A stretch of 64,000 nt of DNA, from contig CM120647.1 in assembly GCA_051362555.1 (NCBI GenBank), positions 18,390,651 to 18,454,650 on the forward strand, in the 5' to 3' direction. Below, one piece after another: positions 1-11,884 of the stretch. The notes beneath the pieces are model-generated. The model did not search any database. It saw only the letters and a list, made by a program, of their open reading frames with translations, and was not told where the DNA came from. This stretch comes from Lingula anatina (lineage: Eukaryota; Animalia; Brachiopoda). The translations under genes and the position numbers were made by a program. How positions within the stretch are numbered: position 1 is the first letter of the stretch; every line of letters starts with the position of its first letter.

Positions 1-320
1 TGAGTTTCATGACAACAGGCCTATCGGTTTTCCTTGAAATGTGTTAACAGTGTTGCATATATGCTAAAAAGTGAAAAAACAGCATAAATTCTACAATAAT
101 GGCCCGATCATGCTGATTTTCGAACTTGACCTGCGTTTTATGAATATTAGTCAGCTCTGTAAATATAAAGCCAAAAAGTAAAACTGTCTTCCACTTATGG
201 TGTTAACGCTGAAAGTGCACGGCGACGGCGACGGCGACGGCGACATGATCGGCGACGGCGACGGCGACGACAGACGCAGGTGATGGCAATATGTACAGAC
301 ACATCTGTGTCTGTACATAA
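1..320 (-). mobile_element. End of a Helentron-associated non-autonomous element (HINE/DINE-1-like), truncated by the window edge
   Basis: (GACGGC)n microsatellite at ~220-275, then a perfect 14-bp hairpin TATGTACAGACACA-TC-TGTGTCTGTACATA (290-319) and an A-run. Same layout as the right end of the 843-2889 element but different sequence. Confidence 0.5.
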
Positions 321-842
321 AAAGCTATGGCAGTACATGGGTCAGTTTAGACCTTAAATCCGTTTTTAGCTTATAGCAAGCAGTTGGCTCGCATTTAAGT
401 TTGCTCACCTACTGCAACTCCCGTCACAGTGCAGGGGCGAATCCAGGATTATTTGAAAGGGGTGGGGGGGTCCGCAGATGCGAATCCGACCCCCTCCCCC
501 CGGTTAATGTGGGTTCGAGGCCCGGTGAAGGGCCCCGATTTTTTTTTTGGGGGGGGGGGGTGGGGGTGGGGGGTGGGGGGGATTTTAGACGGAGAACGGT
601 GCCATTTGGTAAAGTTTAGTACTTTAGTTAGTCAACTAAAGGTTTAGTACTTCAGCTAGTCAAAATTCTTATTCCAAGAGGGGAATATTAGTGTGATTTT
701 TTTCAGAAACTGAAGGGGGGGGGGGGGGGGGGAGGGGGTCTGTGCACCCGTAATATGAAGTTTGTGGTACACATGATGACAAAAACGTTTATTAGATATG
801 GAATGGGTTTATTTCATTCTTACTTACAGATGCCCATTTCGG

Positions 843-2889
843 ACTAGAGGATCAGAGAGGCGATACCGCCTCCGAATATTGTATCACCATCTGGAGCAAG
901 CGCATTCGTATAGACCCCCACATACACAAAATAAGGGACACAGCCACCAGTCTTGTGCTTGACAAGCTGTAAACATGCAATCAACAAGAATTTTCAATAT
1001 ATGCAAAAAATATATGAAACTAAAAATGGTACAATCAAATTTGAGTTCATCGTAAGGTAGGTGAAAGGTCATTTTCAAGGTCACAGTAAATTGCCAGTAT
1101 ATGACTTCCTATTCAAGTTCAATAGTAACTATGGACCTATCTCTGCCAGTTTTGGAGATATAAGGGAAGCAAAATTTGCAAAGTTCAGTTCATGGTGAAA
1201 AGTAGGTCAAAGGTCAATTTTAAGGTCACATTTAGATTGCCAGTATATGACTTCCAATTCAAGTTCAATAGTAACTATGGACCTATCTCTGCCAGGTTTG
1301 GAGTTAAAAGAGAAAGAAATTAGCAGAGTTCAGTTCATGATAAAAAGTGGGTCAAAGGTCAATTTCAAGGTCACACTTAGATTGCCAGTATATGACTTCC
1401 TATTCAACTTCAATAGTAACTATGGACCTATCTCTGCCAGTTTTGGAGATATAAGGGAAGCAAAATTTGCAAAGTTCAGTTCATGGTGAAAAGTAGGTCA
1501 AAGGTCAATTTTAAGGTCACATTTAGATTGCCAGTATATGACTTCCTATTCAAGTTCAACAGTAACCATGGACCTATCTCTGCCAGTTTTGGAGATAAAA
1601 GGGAAGCAAAATTTGCAAAGTTCAGTTCATGGTGAAAAGTAGGTCAAAGGTCAATTTTAAGGTCACATTTAGATTGCCAGTATATGACTTCCTATTCAAC
1701 TTCAATAGTAACTATGGACATATCTCTGCCAGTTTTGGAGATAAAAGGGAAGCAAAATTTGCAAAGTTCAGTTCATGGTGAAAAGTAGGTCAAAGGTCAA
1801 TTTCAAGGTCACATTTGGATTGCCAGTATATGACTTCCTATTCAACTTCAATAGTAACTTTGGACCTATCTCTGCCAGTTTTGGAGATATAAGGGACTAA
1901 ATGTTATCATTTTGGAGTTACCATAATGTGCCATAAATTTCCTACAGAAAAGATTAATTAAAATAAAGAAAACATCATTTTGGTCAAAATTCTTAAAATA
2001 AGAGGTGCTCTGAAGTTCCAGAAGTTCAAATTTGATGAAATAATGTCATTTTTGACCACAAGTTGTCTGCTTTGCCAAGCCTTATGTACTATTTTTCCAG
2101 AGTTCAAAATTTATTATCCATTACCGTACTGCACATTTTGCTTTCACCACCAACATGTACTTTTTGATACAGCGTAACTTGAAAACCGTATGGAATACAA
2201 AAAAACGGAGACCACATCCAGTGTTGGGCTTTACATGCTCTACAAAATGCAAAAAAGAATGGGTCTCTAGCATTAACGGTTCCCGAATTAGAGACAGTTT
2301 TCAGTTTCGGTACTTTATGGCCGCTTCTCCCGTGAAAATGCACCGATTGACCCCAAATTCACGGAGATGAAAGATGACCCGAAGGGTTACACTTTCCAAT
2401 AATATTATTGGTTAAGTCTGTGTGGTATCTGAATAACAGGGCCAAAAAATTTTTTTTCGTAAAAAATTTCATTTTTTTGAAAATTTTGGCCCGTTTGACC
2501 TTGAAATAAAGGTCAAAGGTCAAATCCAAGGGCATATTTGAAATCTACACATATGACTTTTGGAAAGCTGTCTGTAGAAATTTTTCCCATAACTCCTTCC
2601 GTAGGATAGATAATTAGCATTTAATTTTGCCATTTTTAGACAAGGGTGCATTGCAATGAGTGCCACACCTATACCCCAATACCGACAAAGCCCAAATTTT
2701 ACGTGGAACGAGTTGAGATTATAGGTGACCTAAATCCAAAAGATGGGTACAGGGGCCCTTACCGTCTAGGAGGAGAAGCGGTAACGGTGACTTGGCGGCG
2801 GAGCCGCAGGAGCCGGCGGAGCCGGCGGAACATACGGGTCGGGACTAAAACCATGGGTACCGCCAGCGCCTACGCTGGTGGTACAATAA
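843..2889 (-). mobile_element. Non-autonomous Helitron/Helentron (HINE-type) element with internal 146-bp tandem array, copy 1
   Basis: Minus-strand 3' end reads CTAGT (843-847) preceded by stem-loop GAGGCG-ATAC-CGCCTC (857-872). Subterminal inverted repeats ATTGTATCACCATC (878-891) / GCTGGTGGTACAAT (2874-2887). Hairpin at 2857-2884, GGCGGAGCC microsatellite ~2793-2830, central tandem array. A second copy starts at 61067. Confidence 0.8.
1055..1897. repeat. Tandem array of ~6 units of 146 bp
   Basis: Anchor TTGCCAGTAT recurs at 1091, 1237, 1382, 1528, 1674, 1820 (spacing 146/145/146/146/146). Confidence 0.95.
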
Positions 2890-3754
2890 AATCAAGAGCG
2901 TACATGTGCTCATATGACAACAGGAGATCTGAATATCATCTATAATGGGCGAACGTGTAGGCTGCAGTAAGGGGAGGGGGGGGGGGGGCAGTTGCACACC
3001 GGCATTAATTTAGGTTTATCCAGGAAAAGCTATTTAAAGATTTTTCCAATTTACTTAATCAGTCCTTTGTAAAATAAATAAATGCTACAAAATCTTCATT
3101 ACCCATCGTTATGGTCGGTCGTGCTCGTTAACCAGCGTATCAATTTGCTCTGTCCTTATTTTCCAATCCTAAACTGTACTCAAATATTCTAAGGACGTAA
3201 ACTAGCTAGTAGGTGAAAGAACATTTTCATATAAAGATAACAGGGAATCTAAAATATGCTGCGTTTGAACAATGTTTATTGCAATAATGTCTATCATCTT
3301 TTTACTACCGTTTGAGGTTCTCTCATAAGAAGTTATTTATATGAATACTAACGACTGCCATAGATTTGAATCTAAATACAACACTGAGAACCACAATCTG
3401 GAGATCATAAGGCAGACTGCATTGTAGACCTAGACAACCGTTACCCTCCATCTTCTTTGTTTACTCACACCTCTACAGTTTTACTTAACAAACAAACATA
3501 CATAAATACTCATGAAATTGTCTGTACAGTTTACATAACTCCCCGAGTTTCTAAGTTTACTAAAAACTGGCAATTATTATCATTATACCTTGGCCAAGTT
3601 TCTAGTAAACTCGTAAACCCAGGATGTCATAAAATGGCATTTTGTGAAGAATGTTTCTTTTGGCAACATCTGAATGAAAAATACTGCATTTAAACCTGTA
3701 CTTGCCAAGAAGAAAACATTATTTAAAAAATTTAATAATATAAAAAAATTCAAC

Positions 3755-3757
<3 letters not shown>

Positions 3758-3803
<46 letters not shown>
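3758..3803. repeat. (AAT)n microsatellite
   Basis: Direct reading. Confidence 0.95.
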
Positions 3804-3804
<1 letters not shown>

Positions 3805-4717
3805 TAGAAATACGAATTAAGACAATACTTCTGATTTACCTGAAGAAGCCTTCTGTTAATTTGCCAAAAGGTACTTTTACAATACAGAGTTGGCAATTCA
3901 TTTTTTCATTCTTTTTTTTTAATACAAATAACATCAGGAATTATAGCTATAGTGCTTTTCCTGGTTTTGTAGGTCAGACAGAATGAAAAAAAAATTCAGG
4001 GAAGAGATAAGAATATTCTTTGCAAACATCTGAAATAGTATATCCCAACCTAGAAAAACGTAGAGATCCACATCAAAGCAGTTCAATTTTCATTATCAAT
4101 TAATTAATTAATTAATGGACCACCACCAACTTTCTGGCCTATCCTGACAATTGAATCTTGAGTTATAAAAAACAAAGCAACAAACACTAAAATAGAACCT
4201 CCATGGCAGAGGTACAAACATTTCAGCTCATGTTCAAATATCAGAAAATAATATCACTCGTGCACATAGTTAAATCCTCATCTCCATAAAATTGCATAAA
4301 ATTTCTTATACATGTATTGTTTACATATTTTAGACTATTGGTTTGTACCTTGAATGCTAAGCCATACAATCAATAGATTCTATTCCACTATTGTATTATT
4401 TTCATATTAATTAAATTACAACACAGACAGGTAATATTCACAAGTAATTGGCTTTTTTTTTGGGGGGGGAGGGGGGTAGACTAGATTAGGCTGTCACTGA
4501 GCCATACCAGTCAGAAACAAAATTTCTTGTCGTTGCTTATAACATTTTGGCAAATTCCTTTTCAATAACGTCATTATTCAGCAAATTAAGCAAGTACAGG
4601 CAGTTACAGAAGTACCAAAACAACACTTTTTCCATACAAGATGCACAGTTCTTTGCAACATGTGTGGCCTCTCATAATTTCAGTAATAAGTCAAGGATTA
4701 CCTTTTAATAAGTGTCA

Positions 4718-5681
4718 TCATAATAAATATTTATACACTAGGAACATGATGACACAAGTCACAAACATTCCTCCATAAAGAATGAATTTATCTTGGTATG
4801 TTCTTCTCTCAATTAGTCTCATGACAGTGTTGGACAACCCTAAAGTATTCACAACGTCCAGAATTTTGCGCTGGGCGCCCTTCAGCGTCCCCCTCTGGTC
4901 CCGTAGACTGGTCAGTATACTGTTCCCACTGCCCAGTAAGTTGTCCATGTCCCTGTGGGAGGACTGGAGACGATCGTGGTGTTTGACGGCAGCGTCTATC
5001 ATGACGGAGGTGTGGTCGTCATTGGCGGTGAAGGACTGGCTGAGGAGCTCTTCGCGTTCTCGTTCTTGTTCTTCCTGCTTGTACCTGAGATCAGGATAAC
5101 AAAAGCAACAGTAAAATAATTTCATGCACTTTGCTCTTTTCTTTTTATCCCTTTAGATAATTTCTTACGCTCTTCTACGGGATGATATCTAATTCAATCT
5201 TTAGAAAACAATATGGTGTCTATGTTTTTGCACATTTTACATTTGTTTGGCATTAAAGCAAACTGTGCTGTCTTCTCATTTTTTCTCAGTCTCTCACTCA
5301 CTCACATTTCACTCTTTTCTCTCTCTCTCTCTCTCTCTCTCTGGACACAAACAAACACTTTTGTTCTTTTTACATCTTCTCTCTCTCTCTCTCTCTCTCT
5401 CTTTCTCACCTGCGATGCTGCATATTTCTCAGGGCCACCTGTAAGTGCTGGCAGTCATATTTCAGCTGATCCACGCGAACCTTGGCATTGGGGCGTCGCG
5501 TAGGAGGTTCCTTATTCACAAGAATGTCTAGGCGCTCACAGTGGCTGACTATCTGGTCTATTCGGGCCTGTATTTCATTTTCGAGTAAATGCGTCTCCCC
5601 GCCAGCTGCTCGTTCAAGGCGACCAAGCTCTGACTGAACCTCTTGTACCAGCCGGTTAGTCTGGTGGTATAAAGCGTCCAT
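4718..5681 (-). CDS. GOSR2: Golgi SNAP receptor complex member 2 (membrin, Qb-SNARE), 2 coding exons, 212 aa
   Basis: Exons 5681-5410 and 5084-4718 join in frame across a GT-AG intron (639 nt). Starts MDALYHQTN, includes SNARE motif ...[35 protein letters not shown] and a C-terminal TM anchor, all characteristic of GOSR2. Confidence 0.95.
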
Positions 5682-6167
5682 TTCTGCTATCAGTGAACCG
5701 GGCCAGCTGTCTTATGAATTACGAAAAGTGTCAAATATTAAGTTGATAAACTCAGTGTTCCATTCAGAGAAGTGAGACACATAAAAATGTCGTCATTTCA
5801 TAAAGAACTTGCGATCGACGTGTCCGGAAGAAACGACCTTGAACTTTGAAACTGCTCCGCAGATTTTATAGCCGCTACCAAATATTTATTGAAATTTTCA
5901 TAAAGTTAGATACTACCCATATTAAAATAAAAACTATTTTATACAATTTTAAAAATATGAAAGGGAAAGTTTGGTGGTCATTTACTTATTTTCTTTCGAA
6001 GAGCAGGAACGGAGTAATGTACACAGAAACGAAACCGCCGACTGTATGGTTTTGAACAAAACTGTCGCTGTCTTTTTTACTGAATTACTAGAATATGTTG
6101 TAGGAGCAAATCTTACTTTGTGCATGGTTGATGTTCTGAAACGTAATAGCATTGGGTAAAACTGGTG
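5682..6167. promoter_or_regulatory. Probable bidirectional promoter between GOSR2 and the Schlafen-domain gene
   Basis: Divergent ATGs at 5681(-) and 6168(+), 486 bp apart. CpG-richer than flanks. ETS-type CCGGAAG at 5824-5830. Confidence 0.55.
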
Positions 6168-9100
6168 ATGCCGAACAGAAAAGACGCACTTTGGGCAAAA
6201 CGGGTATGTCTTTTTTTATTTTTTTTGTATGGTCAAATTAAAAAATACAGACATGTACAGTTCATTGCTGCCTGCCTCAACCACAATTTTGCAATGTCTT
6301 GTGTAGATTTTATTTATAAAAGATGGAGAAAAACACCCTGGTGCTTGGTAATTTGAATAAACATTAATTCCTATCATGAGGAAGATCGTGTGTTTTGATG
6401 ACGCAGAATCTAAGACTAATGGGTCAATATGATTTTCCTCATGATAGCAATTAATGTTCATTCAAAAAGAACCCTTGAAACTATTTCAGCAGCAACTTCA
6501 TTATTGTCGAGGACAGCACATAGGGGTGGAGAACAGAGTGACAGAGTTTAAACTAGGACGAGGGAAGACACGGCATGTGTCACGCATGGTTAGTGCGTGA
6601 ACTTTAGATACTTTTAGATGATGTACTTTTTTTTACACTGGGTAGTATGTTTAGAACTTAAAGGACATTCATAATAAGTTCTGTGGACTAACAGATTTGT
6701 GGATCAAATATGGCCAACCCACATTAAAGTAGAGCTGACTAATCTGCTGATGGTCTCCCCGCCTCCCTGCCGGGGTCTGGCAATGGGGAATACCCGCTTT
6801 AAGGGTCTGCCGCTAGATGGCGTGGGGGTGAAAGCAGTCCTTCTTAAATCTCGCAAAATCTCGCTCACGGCTTTACACCAGAGTTTAACATGGAGCGTGT
6901 GCACGCGTCGCTGACAGTGAACCAACTCAAACGCAATTTACTTGAATGTGGTGCCATAACATCTGGATGAAAATGTGAATTGACTGAAAGGTATGTGTTT
7001 TCTTTTCATTTAGTGCTTGAAAAACACGAATGCTAACTATTTTCCTTGAAAAAAAATCGAACATTAGTCGAGGTGTGTGTGTCAAATCTGACATGTTATG
7101 TACATGTAGACTACTGTAGGTACGAGTAGGCCTACGCTCATATTTTGTTTTAGTAGCACGAAAGACGAAGATTTTTTATACTTAGTAAATGTACTTATTT
7201 TTTTCTTTATAAGGTTACCCAAAGAAGGCCCATATATTGGGGGCAAAGCCTGAAACTGTCGATTTCAGGACCCCAGGACAGCCAACTTCAAGAGCAGGAT
7301 AAAATGATTACTTCAGGAATCTTACCTGTCACTTCACATCAGCGGCAAAGATTGATGTAGCCACCAGTTATGCCTACCCTAAAGCTGACTTACAGGCGGC
7401 TGTGATGGACAACAACTATTGCCAAGTGCCATGAAAACAATAATGCATGGATAGAGGGAATGATGTAAGTGAAAACAGAGGTCTAATATTAAGAATCAGG
7501 CCCAAATATGAGAAAGAATTATCAAACTAGGTGATGTGTGACATCATAGAAATATAAAATTGTATCTTAACTATTTAATGCTGTAACCATCTACCGTGCT
7601 TTAATGGGATATGACTATTTCAGGTTGACGAACAAACAGCGAAGGACACTGAGCATAGCAAGTTATAACAAGGAAAGAGCGCAATCTGACACAAGGAGAG
7701 ACAATGGCGGATCACTGCTTCCAGATTTGGAGAGATAATGTCAGCTACAGAGAAGTATATGAACAAACTGTATGAATAATTCTTGTGTCCAAAACCATTG
7801 CAGACACATGACTGTTGGACCCGGACCTGATTTCCCCTTTTTGGAATGTGTATCTCGTGCACAAATCTGGGCCTAAAGAAAACCCGCGAATACTATACTA
7901 AGTTAGAAGGCCAGATGTTCATTACAAATCGCCCATTCTGCTATTTTGTTGTGTTTACATTCAAAGATCTGTTTGTGGGGTTGATTCATTCTGACGCTGG
8001 ATATTTTTCTACATGTATTTTGCCCAGGATAACTTTTTTTAATGAAAAACACTATAGGAAGTAAGTGTCAACCAGTTTATAGAAAGTACCCCTGTATGAG
8101 ATGGTTTTAGCTACAATCATAATTTTGAAGTGCAATTTTAAAAAATGTTTTCACTAAAATGAAATAATTTGGTGGTGCTATATTCTTTACAAAAAGTACT
8201 TATGTGTTTATGCTGTTTTTTATAATATTTAACTGTAATGAAAAAAAACCTATGATGCTATTTTGTAAAGTATTTTAGTGGGCTGAAATAAATTGCTAGT
8301 TGTATTTACAGCAAATAATTTGGTTTTTCTGCTTTTTAAAGAATTTTCAAAGTGATGACATAATGTGGTGGTTCTATTCAAGTAAAATAATTCATAAGTA
8401 CTATTTTGTATAAAGGAACAAAAAACTGTGTTAATTTGTTAAATGTTTGCTTTCTTTAATTTTTATTTCTTAAACTGTTACAAAAAGTTTTAAATGCCTA
8501 CAGTAATCCATTGGCTGAGAAATTGCAGCTATATATTCAGGAAAGTTATAGCACAAATAAATTATCTAAGTATTACATGGTTTCATGGTTTTTACTATGG
8601 ACTGAATAATTATTTTGTTTAAATAAAATATTTGGTTTTGCTGCTTTTTAATGAATTTTCAGAGCGATGAAATAATATGGTGTTTCTACTCAAGTAAAAC
8701 AATTCAGAAGTGCTATTTTGTAAAAAAAAAGAACAAAAACTGTTCATTTATAAAATGTTTTCTTTCTTTAAATTTTATTTCTTAAACTGTTACAAAAAGA
8801 TTTCCAAACATGCATTATTCCATTGGCTGAGAAATTGCATCTATACATGAACAAATAAATTATCTAACTATACCTAGTTTTATGATTCTTACGAGGTACT
8901 GAATAATGATTTTAAATAAAAATAATTATTTAATTAACATTACCGGTCATGCTCAATACATCAATAAAAAAGGATATTACTTAATAACACAACCTTATGC
9001 GGGTAGTAGGCTACCGGGACTTATATATATTTACTGACAACTCTTCTGAAATTACGGACATAAGAAAACGCACTTTGATAAATCATACTTCCTAGGGGCA

Positions 9101-10151
9101 CTTTCTTGCTATGGAGCTCTCTTTCCAAAACTTTATAAGTTTTGCCAAGATCAATTAACCTTTTTACGTGTATTCTTTTTGAGGCAACTCGTCTATCTTT
9201 AGGGGCCTAATTACTGTTCCGGGGTCAAGTTGTAACTGACCCTTTAACATGGAAGGTGTGTTGACATGGGCAACCCTTCACTTCAAACGAAGCCCTGAAT
9301 CCTCAAGAAAATTATGCCCACCTTGCCGACTTTGACATTCAGGTACACAACAATACTGAGGCATGTTTATTAAGGCCAGTACCACAGTCCAACGTATACA
9401 ATATCCAACATGGCGACCTAGGAAGGACTGAATTCACACTAGCGACACCTGGCGCCAAGCGGGCTGGTATTCCTCATTAAACCTCGGAGTCGTGTTTGAA
9501 TCCCTTTAATGGGGATGTGGGGAGACCATCAGTGGATTGACGTAGTTGGCTCTGCTTTTATGTCAGACAGCCATATTTCAGGCCCGTAGCCAGCAAATTC
9601 AAAAGGGGGGGGTCTTTTTCTGAAAAAGTGGACCTTTTACAATGAAACTTATGTGTACTCAGATCGAATTATACCCAAAATGGACATTTTCCTTTCGAAC
9701 CGCTTTTTTGAGTAAACCTAATATTTGTTTCCTTAATAATGAATTAAACTATCATCTTTTTTTCCTTTAAGTTTGTGTAAGGTATTCTTTGTCATTATAT
9801 TTGAAGGTTGGGTTGTATATATGTGCCTTCCTGAATACTGAAGGAGGAGACCTATATATTGGGGTGGATGACAATGGTAAGTGTTGGTTGTCCTGTAGGT
9901 ACATGTAGTATCAACCAGACATAAGTTTTTTTCCTTAGTAACACGGAATTCCGCATTTTTTAATTCATTTGTGATGGTTCTCGAGATTCATTAATGTCTG
10001 CAATAAAATGATAGATGTTCAGAGTTTTTTTTTAAGTCTAGGCTCATGTCTGATCAACACTGGTCAATATGAAACGGTAGAAGAGTACAATTTCACTGTA
10101 ATTTGTAGAGAAAAGTGGAGGAGAATTACTTTGTTCTGGCTTGTTTCACTT

Positions 10152-10185
<34 letters not shown>

Positions 10186-11884
10186 GCAGTCATATGTATT
10201 GCAACAATGCAGGGATTGTCCAAGCATGTGTGTGAATATGTATATGTGTGCGCATGCATGCCTTAAAAAATCCATCAGCATTCCACCTCTTGATTTTTAA
10301 AATTATTATTTCAAGGTATTGTACAGGGGATTACATGCAATCAGAGGAGAGAAGATCAGTTAAGGCAGAGTATAGACGGAATCATTAAGGGAATGAAACC
10401 TGAAGTTTTTCCTGACATGTATCAGGTGGACTTTGTACCTGTTTATAACCAATCAGGGGCACATGGTAGGTGGCGCCATCTATCTTTGATTTAGAACTAT
10501 GATGGTCAAGGTGTCTGCTGTGTTTTAGGCAGCATAATACATGTATTTAAGAGATGCTTGTTGATTTATCTATTTGGGTAGACTGGGTAAAAATATGCCT
10601 CCTGCCCCACCCTCTTTTTGCAATCATGAATGGATGACATGGTGTGTATGTTGGGAGGGAGGGGGGGGGGGGGGGGGGAGATGAAGCTAGAGACAGCTCC
10701 CAAATGGGTGGTTTTTGGATTTGGCATACTTTGTACCTTGGTGATGAAGGAAAGTGCTGAAATTTTCAGAAAAAAATTAAGTTTTGCTACATGTGCATAA
10801 AGGTCTGATGCTCATTGTACGTGCAATGTAAACATTACCATGACATGTAAGTGTGAGTTCGGTGTAATTGTCTTCCAGTGCTGCGTGATATCAAAGTGAT
10901 ACTGGTGCAGGTTGTGCTGTCACAGTGTAGTCGTCTATTTGAGTACAAGGGGCAGGTGTACATGAGAAGAGAGGGCAGCATTCAGAGACTGGCACCACAT
11001 CAGATACAGGCGTGGGTTGAAAGGGTATGTGCTAAAAACCCCTTTTACACTGGATGGCGTCCTTTTCGCATCCTGCATTGAGAGTAAAAAATATACTTTA
11101 CCTGCTGACAACTGGCTGAGCATTCAGCATTCATTCTGCAACCACAGTGTTGCTTGTGCCACCTTTCAATGACCACAGCGATGCCCGTTTCATGGTCACA
11201 GAAAGGACGCCGTCTAGTGCAAAGGGTGTTAAATTGGATTATTATAAATGAGATGATTGCCTTCTTGTTGAAGTATCATGTTGCAAAGTGTAGCTTACTA
11301 AAACATGTTTAGCTTTCTTAAAATAAATCATGTAGCACAAATATGGTGTTTGATGGTATCAGTATAAAAAAAAACACATATTAAGTTTATTATACTGAGT
11401 ATAGACCTGACGGTATATTTTAAGTCATATTCATCGTTATAAACTTGTATATTCTAATATGGATTTCATTTTGCATGTACATGTATATACAACAGCCAGC
11501 TAGTCTGATTTAAAGTCGTTCATGCATGCTTGTTTATAGAAAGTGAAAGAAGACTACAGAAACAACAGCTTAGGAACAGAGGAGGACAGGAGGATGGATG
11601 GAGATTCCTCAGTCAAATTACAACAGGATCAAGATGAGAGCCTTCATGAACAAGTTATGAAACTGAAACAAAAGGAAGAAGAACAAGAATCATTGCACAG
11701 TGATTCCAGTGATGACCTTGAGGAGGATGGGGATTTAGGTCATGATTTCTCAAACTACAACACAGACCTAAGATTGCTACCGAAAATGATGAATTCAATA
11801 GATGAAAAACTTGTAGAAATAGAAAGACGATTGGAGGCTTTCCAGAATAAACAAAAAGGTTCAAAGGTGTGCATAATTTTATGA
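6168..11884 (+). CDS. Schlafen-like (AlbA_2 domain) protein with acidic coiled-coil tail and C-terminal CaaX motif, ~281 aa, 6 coding exons
   Basis: Exons 6168-6203, 6490-6588, 9807-9876, 10316-10465, 10879-11024, 11540-11884 are all GT-AG and in frame (846 nt). Motifs [48 protein letters not shown]. Ends SKVCIIL*. Confidence 0.85.
6900..8064 (+). pseudogene. Disrupted SAP + YqaJ (lambda exonuclease-like) ORF of the ISL2EU element
   Basis: QLKRNLLECGAITSG*KCELTER (SAP-like, internal stop) near 6925-6990. LKKTREYYTKLEGQMFITNRPFCYFVVFT...ILPRITFF at 7846-8064 matches the YqaJ C-terminal YYxQxxGQM pattern. Confidence 0.7.
8313..8925. repeat. Diverged tandem duplication, two units of ~310 bp
   Basis: TTTGGTTTT(T/G)CTGCTTTTTAA...TCCATTGGCTGAGAAATTGCA blocks repeated at ~8320-8620 and ~8630-8925. 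Confidence 0.75.
9240..9364 (-). pseudogene. THAP zinc-finger N-terminus of a deleted transposase
   Basis: Reverse strand from ATG 9364 reads MPQYCCVPECQSRQGGHNFLEDSGLRLK*RVA (THAP MxxxCCVPxC...F...W pattern, with the Trp mutated to a stop). Confidence 0.7.
11036..11230. mobile_element. MITE (~195 bp)
   Basis: Imperfect TIRs ACCCCTTTTACACTGGATGGCGTCCTTT / AAAGGACGCCGTCTAGTGCAAAGGGTG with TAA-like flanks. Confidence 0.6.

Larger units (their letters stand above)
6785..9475. mobile_element. Decayed ISL2EU-type DNA transposon in intron 2 of the Schlafen-like gene
   Basis: Imperfect TIRs GGGGAATACCCGCTT / AAGCGGGCTGGTATTCCTC, each flanked by AT (6783-6784, 9476-9477). SAP-like and YqaJ-exonuclease remnants on +, THAP remnant on -, in convergent arrangement. 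Confidence 0.7.

Noticed and set aside
1247-2945. Short ORFs inside the HINE (and equivalents at 62136-63899)
   Set aside because: They are translations of satellite monomers or element body, with stops and frames differing between copies and no recognisable domain.
3838-3872. CCTGAAGAAGCC possible degenerate hammerhead
   Set aside because: No GAAA box or pairing arms.
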